A stretch of DNA of 29,969 nt from a virus (lineage: Duplodnaviria; Caudoviricetes), in the IMG/VR virus record IMGVR_UViG_3300020352_000024, positions 1 to 29,969 of that record. One strand, given 5' to 3'. Below, in pieces: positions 16,263 to 26,067 of the stretch; position 1 is the first letter of the stretch, and each line of letters starts with the position of its first letter. The translations under genes and the position numbers were made by a program. The notes beneath the pieces are model-generated. The model was not told the DNA's origin and did no database searches. It was given only the letters and a program-made list of their open reading frames with translations.

Positions 16263-18233
16263 ATGTCTCTACTAAAAGGTTTTCTCCAAGGTACAGCAGG
16301 CGCAGGGCGGTTTGCGGATTATCAGTCTGCTCGGAAGATTGCTACCGATCAAAACGCGAGAGAACAGGCGAAGTTTGATCGAACGCAAAGGGCCGATGCG
16401 GCTGGTGGGATGGTCAACAGATTACAAACTGCTGATCTTTTAGACCCCGAGAACAAAACAAGACTCAACATTGACGCTTTTCGGAATGGCTTGGAAAACA
16501 ACGATCAGTCGGTGCGAAGGATCGGATTAGACATTATTAACAACAGCGGCGAGTTAGGCGAAGGCGTAACCGCGACCAATATAAGACGGCAAAACAACGG
16601 CGGTTTTGTAATAGAAACAACAAATGCCAATGGCGAGAAAGGTGCAGTTACAGAGGACGGGTCATCTGACCCCGAATCTAATGTTGTTACTTTCGAACCG
16701 GGGCGGCTGACGAATATCGCTAACGATTATTATCGAAGAAATGTAATAGCTAATTTAGATGATGCAGGCCGCAGCCGATATAACGTCTATGTCGAAGATG
16801 TAAGGCTAGTAGATCTGGAAATAGAAGCCCTTAATCTTACTGAGCAAAGGTCAGGTATCGGGGCAAGACGGCAGTTAGCCGGGCTACTCTCGGACGCTTC
16901 TCCTGAAGAAACAACTCAGATAGTAAGTGAAATAACTGGTAAACCTTCACCCGCACCTGCCAGTGACGCAAAGCAAGAACAGATTGCTGCATTGAAAGAA
17001 CGCATGGGCAAGCTAACTGGGCCGGGATCAGATAGGCCACGGCGTGAAATACAAGCAGAAATTGACGCGCTAGAAGGGAAACCTGCTTCACCCGAACCTA
17101 AAAAACCAGACCCTGAACAGGCTGCAATACAAGAAGAGATTGACGCCTTAAAGCTGCGAAAAGATAGAATCCCTACAGGTCGAGGCGGTGATCGTGCTAA
17201 AGCTGCTGTGCAAAAGAAGATAGACGCACTTGAGTCTCAACTTTCTCCTGAAGAAGAACCTGCTCCCGTTATTGCACAAGCTGCACCTAAAGCAGCAGCG
17301 GCGATAACAGATACAACTACCGTTGATGAAATCGACGCGGCAGTTGATTCAGGCGAAGTAGAAGTGTCTGAAAGTGATGCACAAGCCATTGCACAGAAAA
17401 TGCAGGAGTTGGAGATCGAAAAGATTTCTGATCTTCAAAAACTAAACAGAAAAGATCGGTTACTAGCTTACGCTGCATTGAGACTGTTCACCCCGAATGA
17501 ACAGGCAAGGGAGAATATTCGTTCTGAAATGCAGAATATTGTAGAGACCGGCGTAGCAAGTTACTCAGCCAAAGACTTAGATACAGCGCGAGTAAACCAG
17601 CAGAATGCAAACACTTCGGCACAGAATGCAGTCACGAGTCGAATGAGTGAAAACAGATCAGCTGTTGAGGATCTGCGCGGGTTTGCGGAAAGCACCCTGA
17701 CGATGCGTTCTGACCTTGGTGCAGCTTTAAGCGCAGCAGTCCGAGATGAGGACGGCGATGTAAGTATAGACAGACAAGCGCTGCGAAACCTAAGTGGTCC
17801 GGGTGGGGCGCTAAATAAAGCTAAGGCTGACTTCACTACCGAAGTAAATGCAGCTACAAGACGGCAAAAACAGCTTGTGTTTAACAGCGGCATAAGCGCC
17901 GTGATCATGGGGTTGTCTTCTGATGACGCAGGGGGCGTATTTGAAGGCGTAAAAGATGCGTTCGGCGTACAAGATGATCAAGAGTCCATCCAAGGCAATG
18001 ACGGTTTCTTTAATAGAATAGAACCTGTATATGCTAGTGGTGGTACTTCTATAAAAGAGTTCAAGATTGTAGACCCACGCGGGGGCTACATGGATGAAGC
18101 AGTTTCTGCCGAAACGGTACGAAGCATATTCTCAGATGCTGATACCTACGCGTATCTTGAAAAATACCTGCGGCTCAAATCAAATGGTGCCACCGCAGAC
18201 GAGCTTGCGAGTTTAGCGCCAGCTGGTAATTAA
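16263..18233 (+). CDS. Internal virion / ejection protein 3 (656 aa)
   Basis: N-terminus MSLLKGFLQG typical of podoviral ejection proteins; coiled coils; synteny. Confidence 0.65.
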   Translation: MSLLKGFLQGTAGAGRFADYQSARKIATDQNAREQAKFDRTQRADAAGGMVNRLQTADLLDPENKTRLNIDAFRNGLENNDQSVRRIGLDIINNSGELGEGVTATNIRRQNNGGFVIETTNANGEKGAVTEDGSSDPESNVVTFEPGRLTNIANDYYRRNVIANLDDAGRSRYNVYVEDVRLVDLEIEALNLTEQRSGIGARRQLAGLLSDASPEETTQIVSEITGKPSPAPASDAKQEQIAALKERMGKLTGPGSDRPRREIQAEIDALEGKPASPEPKKPDPEQAAIQEEIDALKLRKDRIPTGRGGDRAKAAVQKKIDALESQLSPEEEPAPVIAQAAPKAAAAITDTTTVDEIDAAVDSGEVEVSESDAQAIAQKMQELEIEKISDLQKLNRKDRLLAYAALRLFTPNEQARENIRSEMQNIVETGVASYSAKDLDTARVNQQNANTSAQNAVTSRMSENRSAVEDLRGFAESTLTMRSDLGAALSAAVRDEDGDVSIDRQALRNLSGPGGALNKAKADFTTEVNAATRRQKQLVFNSGISAVIMGLSSDDAGGVFEGVKDAFGVQDDQESIQGNDGFFNRIEPVYASGGTSIKEFKIVDPRGGYMDEAVSAETVRSIFSDADTYAYLEKYLRLKSNGATADELASLAPAGN

Positions 18234-18234
18234 T

Positions 18235-21200
18235 ATGTCTGTACTGGACGAGTTCTATCAAAACGCAGCGAAGGTAGCGTCACAAGCGGATGTTGCCCCA
18301 GACAACACTCGTCAACAAAGTGTAGACCCTAGCTCTATAGTTACAGCCCCTTCCAACATTGGTGAGACCTTCTCTCGAAGTGTGAAGGCGGGAGCTATTG
18401 GTTTAGATTCCGACCTTGACTACTTTGCAGCGCTGGCTAATACAGCTATGGGCGATAAAGAAGCTGCTAAGTCAAATATTGCGGAAGCGCAACAGAGCCA
18501 AGCGCAGAGCGGACAGCTGCTGGCAGCTACAGGAACATTTGAAGAGTTCTTAGGTGAACCGACTGTTGGCGGATTTTTCGAACAGGTAGCAAAAGGCACA
18601 GGGCAGCTTGTTCCATTTGTGGTTAGCAGTATAGGAAGCGCGGGAATCGGCGCTGTTGGCGCAGTAGCGGCAAAAGCCGGTGTCCGTACTGCAGGGAAAA
18701 AACTAGCAGAAAAGATAGTAAAAGAAAGTGTCGAGAAGGCTCAGAAAGGACTCGCTACGGAAGCGGAACAGGCCGTCGCGCAGGGAGCTTTTGAGATAGC
18801 TAAACGAGGTGCTATAGGTGGTGCCGCTTTTGGTGAGTACGTTCCGATCGCAGGATCAAACTTCTCCGAGGCAGTTGAGTCAGGCAAAGATTTAGATCCT
18901 GTACAAGCGTTCAGAGCAGCGGCTCTAGCAGCACCTCAAGCGGTTATTGGAGTTGGTGGAGAAGTGGCGTTCGCCAAAATGCTGGGTAGAGTTGCTAAAG
19001 ACAGGTCCAAAGGCGACAGCAAATCCTTTTATGGTCAGGTTGCCAATAGCTTTCTCAAGGGTTCAGGGGAACAGGCTGTAGTTCAAACTGGCACTGAGCT
19101 TTTGCAAGAAGGTATTAGTGTTGCTAACAGGATGGACTTGGATGAAACCTTCACTTCAGAAGATGCGAAGTTACGGTTAGCAGAAACAGCTTTCGCTTCT
19201 TTCTTTGGAGGAGGGGCGTTAGGTGGCGCTGGTGCAGGGGGGGTTCGAGCTTTAAAAGGAGCGCCAAGAGAAATCTTTGATCGGGCAAATCAACTGGTGG
19301 ACGCTGCTCGTGACTTCAAAGTCGGCAGGGCCGCAGATCAAACTGCTTTTGGGACTGATACAACCTACTCCGCGCCAGAATCTCAAAGCACTATTGATGC
19401 TCAACTCGATGCAATGGTTGACCCGAGTAGCAGCAAAAACGCTGTGTGGATTGAGGGGGAAGCTCCCTATGAAAACGCGACCACTGGCGTAAAAGAAACC
19501 ACTCACAAAGGTCAAAAAGCCTACGCCGCTTTTATCCCCGGACGCGGCACGATTATATCTCCTGACGCAGAAGTTGTTGTGTCAGTAGTTGAGGGCAAAG
19601 CTGACGATTCAGTTTTAGCCGCAGCACTTGGCTTCAGTAACACTAAACCGACAGACGGCGACAGGGTAGTACAAGTCCTCGATGCCGAAGACCGAGTTGT
19701 GTCTGAGGAGTTGACGAATGAAGCGGGTGAACAAAAAGCAGTAGACGCAGGCCGTGCCTTAATGCCTGAAGGCGGGAGATTAGTTACCCGCTCCCCTGAC
19801 GAAGTGCTCAGAGATAGAAATGATGGGTTGAAAGAGTCCTTTAGCGACCCCGATGAAGTCAGTGATCCTAATGAACAGGTCGAGGTTACTGAAGAATCTG
19901 AAGCTAAAGAAGCAGGGCTAGAGGAAATCGAGGGCGAGCTTGTTGACCGCCAGACTTATAAACCAAGAGCTACCGCCGACACTGTATTCGAAGGTACTGA
20001 GCCGCTAAGAACTCAGTTCAAGAACGAGTTCGGTGGCCAGTATAACGTCGATTTTTCAGATAATTTCTGGGGCGTGATGAGTGACGCAATGCTTCGTAAG
20101 GCAATTGATGCACGGCGGCAAGGGCTTGAAGTCGAGTTTAATAAAACGCCCGATGGGGATATGCAGCTTGAGGTATTTAACTTCGAGGAATCTTTTACTG
20201 TAAAAGATGGGCAGGGAGAAAGGCGGGTTCCACTCGATCAGTTTTTAGAAATAGAGTTGGCTCGTGCTGCAAAGAGTGAGCAAGCACGGCGATCAAACGT
20301 CAGGATAAAGACGCCAGACGGTAAAATAAGACGCACAAACCTTATCGACCTGCTAAACGCTGGGCGACGGATAAATCAAACCCGCGATCAAGCTAGCTTC
20401 GATGGGGATACCGCAGGTGCTTTGAGCACGATACTAGGTGAACTAGCCCTCGCTGACTACAAGATTCAGATCGACACACCATTCGGCCCTCAAAACCTAC
20501 TTAATTTTGTAGATCTTCTTGTTAAACAAAGCGCCCTGAATAGAAAACACTACAAAGATGTAATAACTAAAGGGCAACCTGACGCTCCTTACCCACGATT
20601 ACCTGAACTCGACGGGATTTACGACGTTGTTGTCGGTAAAGACGGACGTGGAAATCCCCTGAAGCTTGGTAAAGCCCTACTCCCACGAAATGTTGAGTCT
20701 GCCCCCACTACCCCGTTACAAAATGACGATGATGCGGTACGTAAACCAACAGTTGACTCAATGGGCAACGTCATTTTTGAAGACGAGATTGGTTTTGATG
20801 GTACGACTGAAATGGAAAGGATGGAAGGGAATGAATCAGAAGTCCCGCCCGTTGCAACTCCCGGCATAGATGGCCCCGCTAAATATAATCCTCCAAAGAA
20901 CTTAGATAGATTTAGCCGTGGGAGAAGGGTAAGTAACGGTAGAGACAAAACCCCTAGGAAGCCGCAGCGTGAAAATCCATCACGCACGACCAAACAGAAT
21001 GTCACTTACCCACTAGGCCCGATTAACGAACAAGTTGCCTACCTTATTGGCCGAGCGGTCAAGAAACTACCCCTAAAACAAACAGCGTCGATTTATGGGC
21101 TTAGTCAGCTAGAGGGTCTTACGTTCGAGCAATTGTTTGGAAACCACGAAAACCCTGCCCTAGCGAGGCTTGCATACGACCGTATCCAAGAAATGTTAAC

Positions 21201-23715
21201 TAATGATTCTGCAACAATAGCTTTCTATTTCTATGATAGCGGAGCAGCACATCAGATTATTTTCGATGATCGATTCCTACCAGAAGGTAGTACACCAAAT
21301 TCGTTAGCGGCGGCTTTAGATATTAGCCATGAGTTAGGCCATGCTTTTTTCGAAGAAGAACGTATAGCGTTAAAAGACAATCCAGCATTGTTAGAACGCC
21401 TGTATAACAGCTTTTTAAAAGACTTAGAGCAAGATACCGAACTAGCCGACTTTTACGAATCAGCTTACCCGGCGGAAAAAATATTCGAAGAATGGTATGC
21501 CGATCAGTTTTCAAGGGCAGCAGCTGGAGAGTTTGCAAATCCGAAGAATATCAAGGAGTCGTATTTCAAACGGCTTGTTGACGCAATTAAGAAAATGTAC
21601 GCGGAAATTACAAGGCTCACTAAGCTAAGGGCTGGGCAACCTGTTGCTGAAGGCTTTCAGCAGTATTTAGATAACGTACTTGCTCGCCGCAAAACTGAAA
21701 TAAATAGGGCTATGAAAGCAGAATATGAAGGGAGTCCTGCAGCCATTGTACGAGTAAATAAGATTAGAGAAAGCCTCGCAGCTACGCCCGGAGTAGAGGG
21801 ACGCGCAGATGTATGGAAGAGAAAACTGCGATCTGGGCTGAATCAGTATAAAGGTATTTTTAGCGTGATTCTTACTGCCGATGGGCAGCTACGCAGCATA
21901 AGTTCTCGGCTTGCTGATATGTTTTATATACCTGCCCAGTCTGCTGGCAAAGCGGGGATGGGGTTCATCCGCTCTTATTACACGCAGTATAGATCGTTCA
22001 AAAACGAGTTCGAAGACTCTATTGGTGATCTAAATGACCCAGAGGTGCAGAAGGCTGTTGAGGATGCAGCTATTGAAGGGCCATTAGATCCGAGTAATAC
22101 AAAAGCTCAAGCAGTACGAGATTTTCTGGCGAAGATCCACAGAGAGTATATAGAACCTAGCCAAGCGGGATATGCCCCTGATCTAAAGATAGATTTTCAA
22201 GAAAACTACTTCCCGACGATGTTGAATCTTGCGGCCATTGCTGACAATCCCGATGCCTTTATCTCGCTATTGCTGGAGGCACAAACCGCTGGCGATCCAG
22301 AGCAAATACGTAAGGCTGTACAGCGAATCGTTAAATACCAACAGTCTGTAATTAATGGGCAGGAGATTGAAGTAGAGGGGCTTGACCCTGCTGAGGGTAG
22401 GGCTGATGCAAGAGCTTTAACTCGCGGTATTGATCGGCAGCTACTAGCAGATAAAGGTTTCCTAAAAGACCCAGACGTTGCACTCACTACATATCTGCGA
22501 CAGATCGCTAAACGGGTAGAGTGGAACAAGGCAACCAAGGATGAGAGTGGAACTAGCAAGTTGTTGCCGATGCTCAATATGCTAGACAGTAAAGATCGAG
22601 CCTTAGCTGAAAAGATAATTTCTATTTATTTAGGCCATCAAACCAAAGAAGTGGCTCCGTGGTTACGGAAAGTCAATAGCTATGGGCAGTTGTTACAGTT
22701 TATAACAATACTTCCTTTCTCGACTATCGCATCTATACCCGAGCTAGCTGGACCAATCTTAAATTTTAAAGAGTTCGGAGGCTTTCAAGCTGCCTTTCAA
22801 GAGCTAAGAAGTCAGTTTATCGGAGATCGAGAAGCTACTAAACGGTTCGCTAGAGACATTGGCGTTGTCGCTAATGAAAGTATGGCGAACGCTTGGGTTA
22901 GCGAAGCTGACTTGGATTACATGGACCCAATAGCCCGAGAGTGGTCAGACAAATTTTTCAAGGTTATCGGTCTGGATTTGTTTACTCGGTTTAGCCGAGA
23001 GTTTGCAGCTGGAATGGCGCAGCGATTTTTGCATGAACATGCTTACTTCCCCAAAGAAAGGTCCGAACGATACCTTGCTGACTTGGGCGTGACGGCAGAA
23101 GAAGTCAAAAAATATTTTGATAATGAGCTTGATATTACTTCTCCCGAAGCGATCAAAGTAAAACAAGCCGCGCAGCAGTTTGTCGAAAGCTCGATACTGC
23201 GGCCCAATGCAGCTGAACGACCTTTGTGGGGTTCTGACCCTAGATTTGCGCTGATTTGGCAGCTCAAAGGGTATTTCTACGCTTTTTACAAAGTCATTAT
23301 TAAGGGCACGATGTCCGAAGCTAAAGCAAGGAGGGATGAAGGGGGGTCTTTACCAGCAGTTGCAGGCGTGTTTGCTCTAGCAGCAGTAGGATTTATGCCC
23401 CTAGCTATGGCTGCGATGGAGACTCGGGAGTGGGCTAAGTACGGGTTATCCGAACTTTTGCCGTTTTCTCCAGAAGGAAAGGACTATTTTCGGTCAGATA
23501 GAATGGATTGGGGCGAATATATGTTTGAAGTTTTTGATAGATCAGGGTTTTTAGGCCCGTGGTCATTGGGCGCGATGATGCACCAGAACGCAGAATGGAA
23601 CCGTAGCCCCTTGATTCCGCTCCTAGGCCCTACAGCCGAGACCATAGATACGGTGTTCCGTGACGGATGGCGGTCAATACCTAACAGATTGATTCCAATT
23701 CACAACCAACTGTAA
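18235..23715 (+). CDS. Large ejection / polyvalent protein with a zincin-like metallopeptidase motif
   Basis: 1826 aa; Gly/Ala-rich hydrophobic N-terminal helices; HELGH (21328-21342) followed by EEWYAD; hydrophobic C-terminal domain (QLKGYFYAF...LLGP). Confidence 0.75.
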   Translation: MSVLDEFYQNAAKVASQADVAPDNTRQQSVDPSSIVTAPSNIGETFSRSVKAGAIGLDSDLDYFAALANTAMGDKEAAKSNIAEAQQSQAQSGQLLAATGTFEEFLGEPTVGGFFEQVAKGTGQLVPFVVSSIGSAGIGAVGAVAAKAGVRTAGKKLAEKIVKESVEKAQKGLATEAEQAVAQGAFEIAKRGAIGGAAFGEYVPIAGSNFSEAVESGKDLDPVQAFRAAALAAPQAVIGVGGEVAFAKMLGRVAKDRSKGDSKSFYGQVANSFLKGSGEQAVVQTGTELLQEGISVANRMDLDETFTSEDAKLRLAETAFASFFGGGALGGAGAGGVRALKGAPREIFDRANQLVDAARDFKVGRAADQTAFGTDTTYSAPESQSTIDAQLDAMVDPSSSKNAVWIEGEAPYENATTGVKETTHKGQKAYAAFIPGRGTIISPDAEVVVSVVEGKADDSVLAAALGFSNTKPTDGDRVVQVLDAEDRVVSEELTNEAGEQKAVDAGRALMPEGGRLVTRSPDEVLRDRNDGLKESFSDPDEVSDPNEQVEVTEESEAKEAGLEEIEGELVDRQTYKPRATADTVFEGTEPLRTQFKNEFGGQYNVDFSDNFWGVMSDAMLRKAIDARRQGLEVEFNKTPDGDMQLEVFNFEESFTVKDGQGERRVPLDQFLEIELARAAKSEQARRSNVRIKTPDGKIRRTNLIDLLNAGRRINQTRDQASFDGDTAGALSTILGELALADYKIQIDTPFGPQNLLNFVDLLVKQSALNRKHYKDVITKGQPDAPYPRLPELDGIYDVVVGKDGRGNPLKLGKALLPRNVESAPTTPLQNDDDAVRKPTVDSMGNVIFEDEIGFDGTTEMERMEGNESEVPPVATPGIDGPAKYNPPKNLDRFSRGRRVSNGRDKTPRKPQRENPSRTTKQNVTYPLGPINEQVAYLIGRAVKKLPLKQTASIYGLSQLEGLTFEQLFGNHENPALARLAYDRIQEMLTNDSATIAFYFYDSGAAHQIIFDDRFLPEGSTPNSLAAALDISHELGHAFFEEERIALKDNPALLERLYNSFLKDLEQDTELADFYESAYPAEKIFEEWYADQFSRAAAGEFANPKNIKESYFKRLVDAIKKMYAEITRLTKLRAGQPVAEGFQQYLDNVLARRKTEINRAMKAEYEGSPAAIVRVNKIRESLAATPGVEGRADVWKRKLRSGLNQYKGIFSVILTADGQLRSISSRLADMFYIPAQSAGKAGMGFIRSYYTQYRSFKNEFEDSIGDLNDPEVQKAVEDAAIEGPLDPSNTKAQAVRDFLAKIHREYIEPSQAGYAPDLKIDFQENYFPTMLNLAAIADNPDAFISLLLEAQTAGDPEQIRKAVQRIVKYQQSVINGQEIEVEGLDPAEGRADARALTRGIDRQLLADKGFLKDPDVALTTYLRQIAKRVEWNKATKDESGTSKLLPMLNMLDSKDRALAEKIISIYLGHQTKEVAPWLRKVNSYGQLLQFITILPFSTIASIPELAGPILNFKEFGGFQAAFQELRSQFIGDREATKRFARDIGVVANESMANAWVSEADLDYMDPIAREWSDKFFKVIGLDLFTRFSREFAAGMAQRFLHEHAYFPKERSERYLADLGVTAEEVKKYFDNELDITSPEAIKVKQAAQQFVESSILRPNAAERPLWGSDPRFALIWQLKGYFYAFYKVIIKGTMSEAKARRDEGGSLPAVAGVFALAAVGFMPLAMAAMETREWAKYGLSELLPFSPEGKDYFRSDRMDWGEYMFEVFDRSGFLGPWSLGAMMHQNAEWNRSPLIPLLGPTAETIDTVFRDGWRSIPNRLIPIHNQL

Positions 23716-23734
23716 TTATTTATGGGTGGAAAAC

Positions 23735-23755
23735 AATTAGCGTTACTAATATACT
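23735..23755 (+). promoter_or_regulatory. Palindromic site with an overlapping -10-like hexamer before the tail genes
   Basis: AATTAG-CGTTA-CTAATA (23735-23751) overlapping TATACT (23750-23755). Confidence 0.5.
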
Positions 23756-23777
23756 TCATGTATAAATAGGTGTTGAT

Positions 23778-24155
23778 ATGGCATATTCCGATACTCTCAA
23801 CTTAGTGGTGGGGGATACTCTCCCAATCCTGACTTTGACGCTGAAAGACAGTAATCAGGCAGCTACTGGGAAGACGCTCGACCCCAATAATTCAGACACT
23901 TGGGCGGCGATTAATTTAAGTGGCGCAACTGTACGTATACGTATCCGCGAGTTGGGTGGCACTGCAGTTAAAAATACTTTGACCTGCACCATTGTAGGTG
24001 ACGGTACTGCGGGGGAAGTGCTGACGAATTTTCCCACAGGTACGCTTGATGCGTCTGGCACCTTCGAGGCAGAGATAGAGGTCACATTTTCAAGCGGGGG
24101 AATCCAAACGGTTTATGACTTTATAAAGCTCAAAGTCCGAGAAGATTTTGACTAA
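23778..24155 (+). CDS. BppU N-terminal-like beta-sandwich tail protein
   Basis: GDTLP.L.LTL, INLSGATV and GTFEAEIEVTF..G.IQT..I...VREDF motifs. Confidence 0.7.
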   Translation: MAYSDTLNLVVGDTLPILTLTLKDSNQAATGKTLDPNNSDTWAAINLSGATVRIRIRELGGTAVKNTLTCTIVGDGTAGEVLTNFPTGTLDASGTFEAEIEVTFSSGGIQTVYDFIKLKVREDFD

Positions 24156-25453
24156 TGCCTAGCAAGATAGTCATAACCTCAAAGCTTGACCCAAAGGTCA
24201 CGCTTGAGTATAGCTCCCCAAAATCCAGTGTAAGTTTCGCTGACCTCAAAGTGTCTTCGTTTTTAGATGCAGACAGTCCGCATAAATGGTTTTACAACAC
24301 CTACGCTTTTAGCGATGCGCCTGAAATTGGGTTTAGCAAAACAGCCGATGCAGATACTTTCACTTTTGCAGATGCTTCAGCAGTTTCTTTTGGGAAAGCT
24401 TCCGCCGACACCTTCGGGTTCAGTGAGTCTGTTCTAACCCAAATTACCTTTTTTAGAACCTTCGCAGATGCCTTTGCACTAGACGACATAACGGCGGTAG
24501 ACGCGGTAACAAAAGATGTTGCCAGTGCCAAAACAAACCTGTTCGGCTTCTCCGATGATCAGGCGATAGGTGTAGGTAAAGGCTTATCGGACACCTTTGG
24601 GCTTGCAGAGGCAATCGATTCCTTTGGCATTGGGAAAGGGCTAACCGACTCTCAACTCATTACTGAATCGCTGGACCGGACGGTACAGTATTCCAGAGAG
24701 TTCACTGACGCATTTGTTCTTGATGATGCCGCAACGGTAGACGCTCTTCAGAAAGCAACAAGCGCCCTCAAGCAGAACATCTTTGGCATGGGTGATGTAT
24801 TTGGTCGCACCGTAGCATTTAACAGAGAGTTTACTGACAGCGTTACTCCTACTGAAAATTATGTCTCGTCTTTCTCGAAAGCAGCAACTGATGACTCTTT
24901 TAGCGTCCTAGAGTCTTTAAGCAGGGTTGTTGCATACGCGAGAGGATTTACTGAATCACAAGGGTTTGCAGATGTAGTCGAGACCACAGCCGTAGGTAAA
25001 GGGATTTCAGACACGCAAGCGATGACTGAAGCGCACACAGCGTCTATGTCTTTACCTAAGTCAGACTCTTTCAGCGTGGCAGAAGCTGCTAGCTCCCTAT
25101 TCGGTAAACCTTTTACAGAAGCCGTTCCTCTATCAGAGTCTTTAGGTCGAGTCGTTAGTTACAACAGAGCCTTTACTGATTCGTTCTCTATGGACGATGC
25201 CGCAACGGTAGATGCGTTAGCTAAAGATTACGCAAACACAAAAACAAACGTGTTTGGTTTTTCTGACTCTCAAGCGTTTGGGTTTAGCAAGGCTTTGCCC
25301 ACAGATACTTTCTCTTTTTCCGATGATGAGGATCTCCTTTTCGGCAAAGGACTCACCGATTCAGTGCCAATGTCTGAAGACTTCAGCTTTGCGCTGTTTA
25401 GCAACGCTGCCATGAACGCAGCACAACTTAACTTAAGCCCCTTCAATGAATAA
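24155..25453 (+). CDS. Repeat-rich fibrous virion protein (~19-20-aa repeats)
   Basis: About 15-20 repeats of (F/V)GK..(S/T)D(T/S)F.F.(D/E); C-terminal NAAMNAAQLNLSPFN. Confidence 0.75.
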   Translation: MPSKIVITSKLDPKVTLEYSSPKSSVSFADLKVSSFLDADSPHKWFYNTYAFSDAPEIGFSKTADADTFTFADASAVSFGKASADTFGFSESVLTQITFFRTFADAFALDDITAVDAVTKDVASAKTNLFGFSDDQAIGVGKGLSDTFGLAEAIDSFGIGKGLTDSQLITESLDRTVQYSREFTDAFVLDDAATVDALQKATSALKQNIFGMGDVFGRTVAFNREFTDSVTPTENYVSSFSKAATDDSFSVLESLSRVVAYARGFTESQGFADVVETTAVGKGISDTQAMTEAHTASMSLPKSDSFSVAEAASSLFGKPFTEAVPLSESLGRVVSYNRAFTDSFSMDDAATVDALAKDYANTKTNVFGFSDSQAFGFSKALPTDTFSFSDDEDLLFGKGLTDSVPMSEDFSFALFSNAAMNAAQLNLSPFNE

Positions 25454-25467
25454 TAGGAAGCAAGACT

Positions 25468-25896
25468 ATGCAATTTGAAAGTAACTTAGCGATGAAAGGT
25501 CGATTGACCATCACAATTAACGATGAAGTCGTTCAAGAAGTAGACAACTTAGTTGTCACAACAGGTAAAGGCTATGTAGCCAGCCGCATGAAAGATGCGA
25601 CTACCACCGCAATGTCTCACATGGCAATTGGCACAGGAAGCACTGCTGCAGCTGTTGGCGATACTGCTCTCGGCGGAGAGTCGGCACGGGTAGCTCTAAC
25701 CTCAACCGCCGTAAGCGGTGCTGATGTTACCTACGTTGCAACATTTGGCGCTGGTACGGGAACTGCTGCGATTACTGAAGCAGCTGTGCTAAATGCCAGC
25801 AGTGCTGGGACGATGCTTTGCCGCACTGTATTCGCAGTGGTCAATAAAGGCCAAAGTGATTCGATGGTTGTCACTTGGACTGTGACGGCTTCTTAG
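25468..25896 (+). CDS. Tail / fibre-attachment structural protein
   Basis: NLVVTTGK, MSHMAIGTG..A...DTAL, ITEAA..NA and ML.RTVF..VNK motifs. Confidence 0.75.
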   Translation: MQFESNLAMKGRLTITINDEVVQEVDNLVVTTGKGYVASRMKDATTTAMSHMAIGTGSTAAAVGDTALGGESARVALTSTAVSGADVTYVATFGAGTGTAAITEAAVLNASSAGTMLCRTVFAVVNKGQSDSMVVTWTVTAS

Positions 25897-26058
25897 GTGG
25901 ATATCCTAACCATCTTTAACTGCGTAACTGCGGTTGTCACTATCGCGTCCGCAATTTGTGCTGCCACTCCAACGCCTCGGGATGATGCCTTTTTAGCGAA
26001 GTACATCTATCCGGTGCTGGAGGCTGTAGCCATCAATGTGGGTAAAGCCAAGCAATAG
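25897..26058 (+). CDS. Small membrane protein, putative holin-like (TPTPxDD type)
   Basis: Not in the ORF track. GTG start; MDILTIFNCVTAVVTIASAICAATPTPRDDAFLAKYIYPVLEAVAINVGKAKQ; fills the intergenic gap. Confidence 0.7.
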   Translation: MDILTIFNCVTAVVTIASAICAATPTPRDDAFLAKYIYPVLEAVAINVGKAKQ

Positions 26059-26067
26059 GAATTTACG

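Noticed and set aside
20389-20412. QASFDGDT resembling the NADFDGD catalytic motif of multisubunit RNA polymerases
   Set aside because: The first catalytic Asp is replaced by Ser and no other double-psi beta-barrel motifs were recognised, so a virion RNAP cannot be called.
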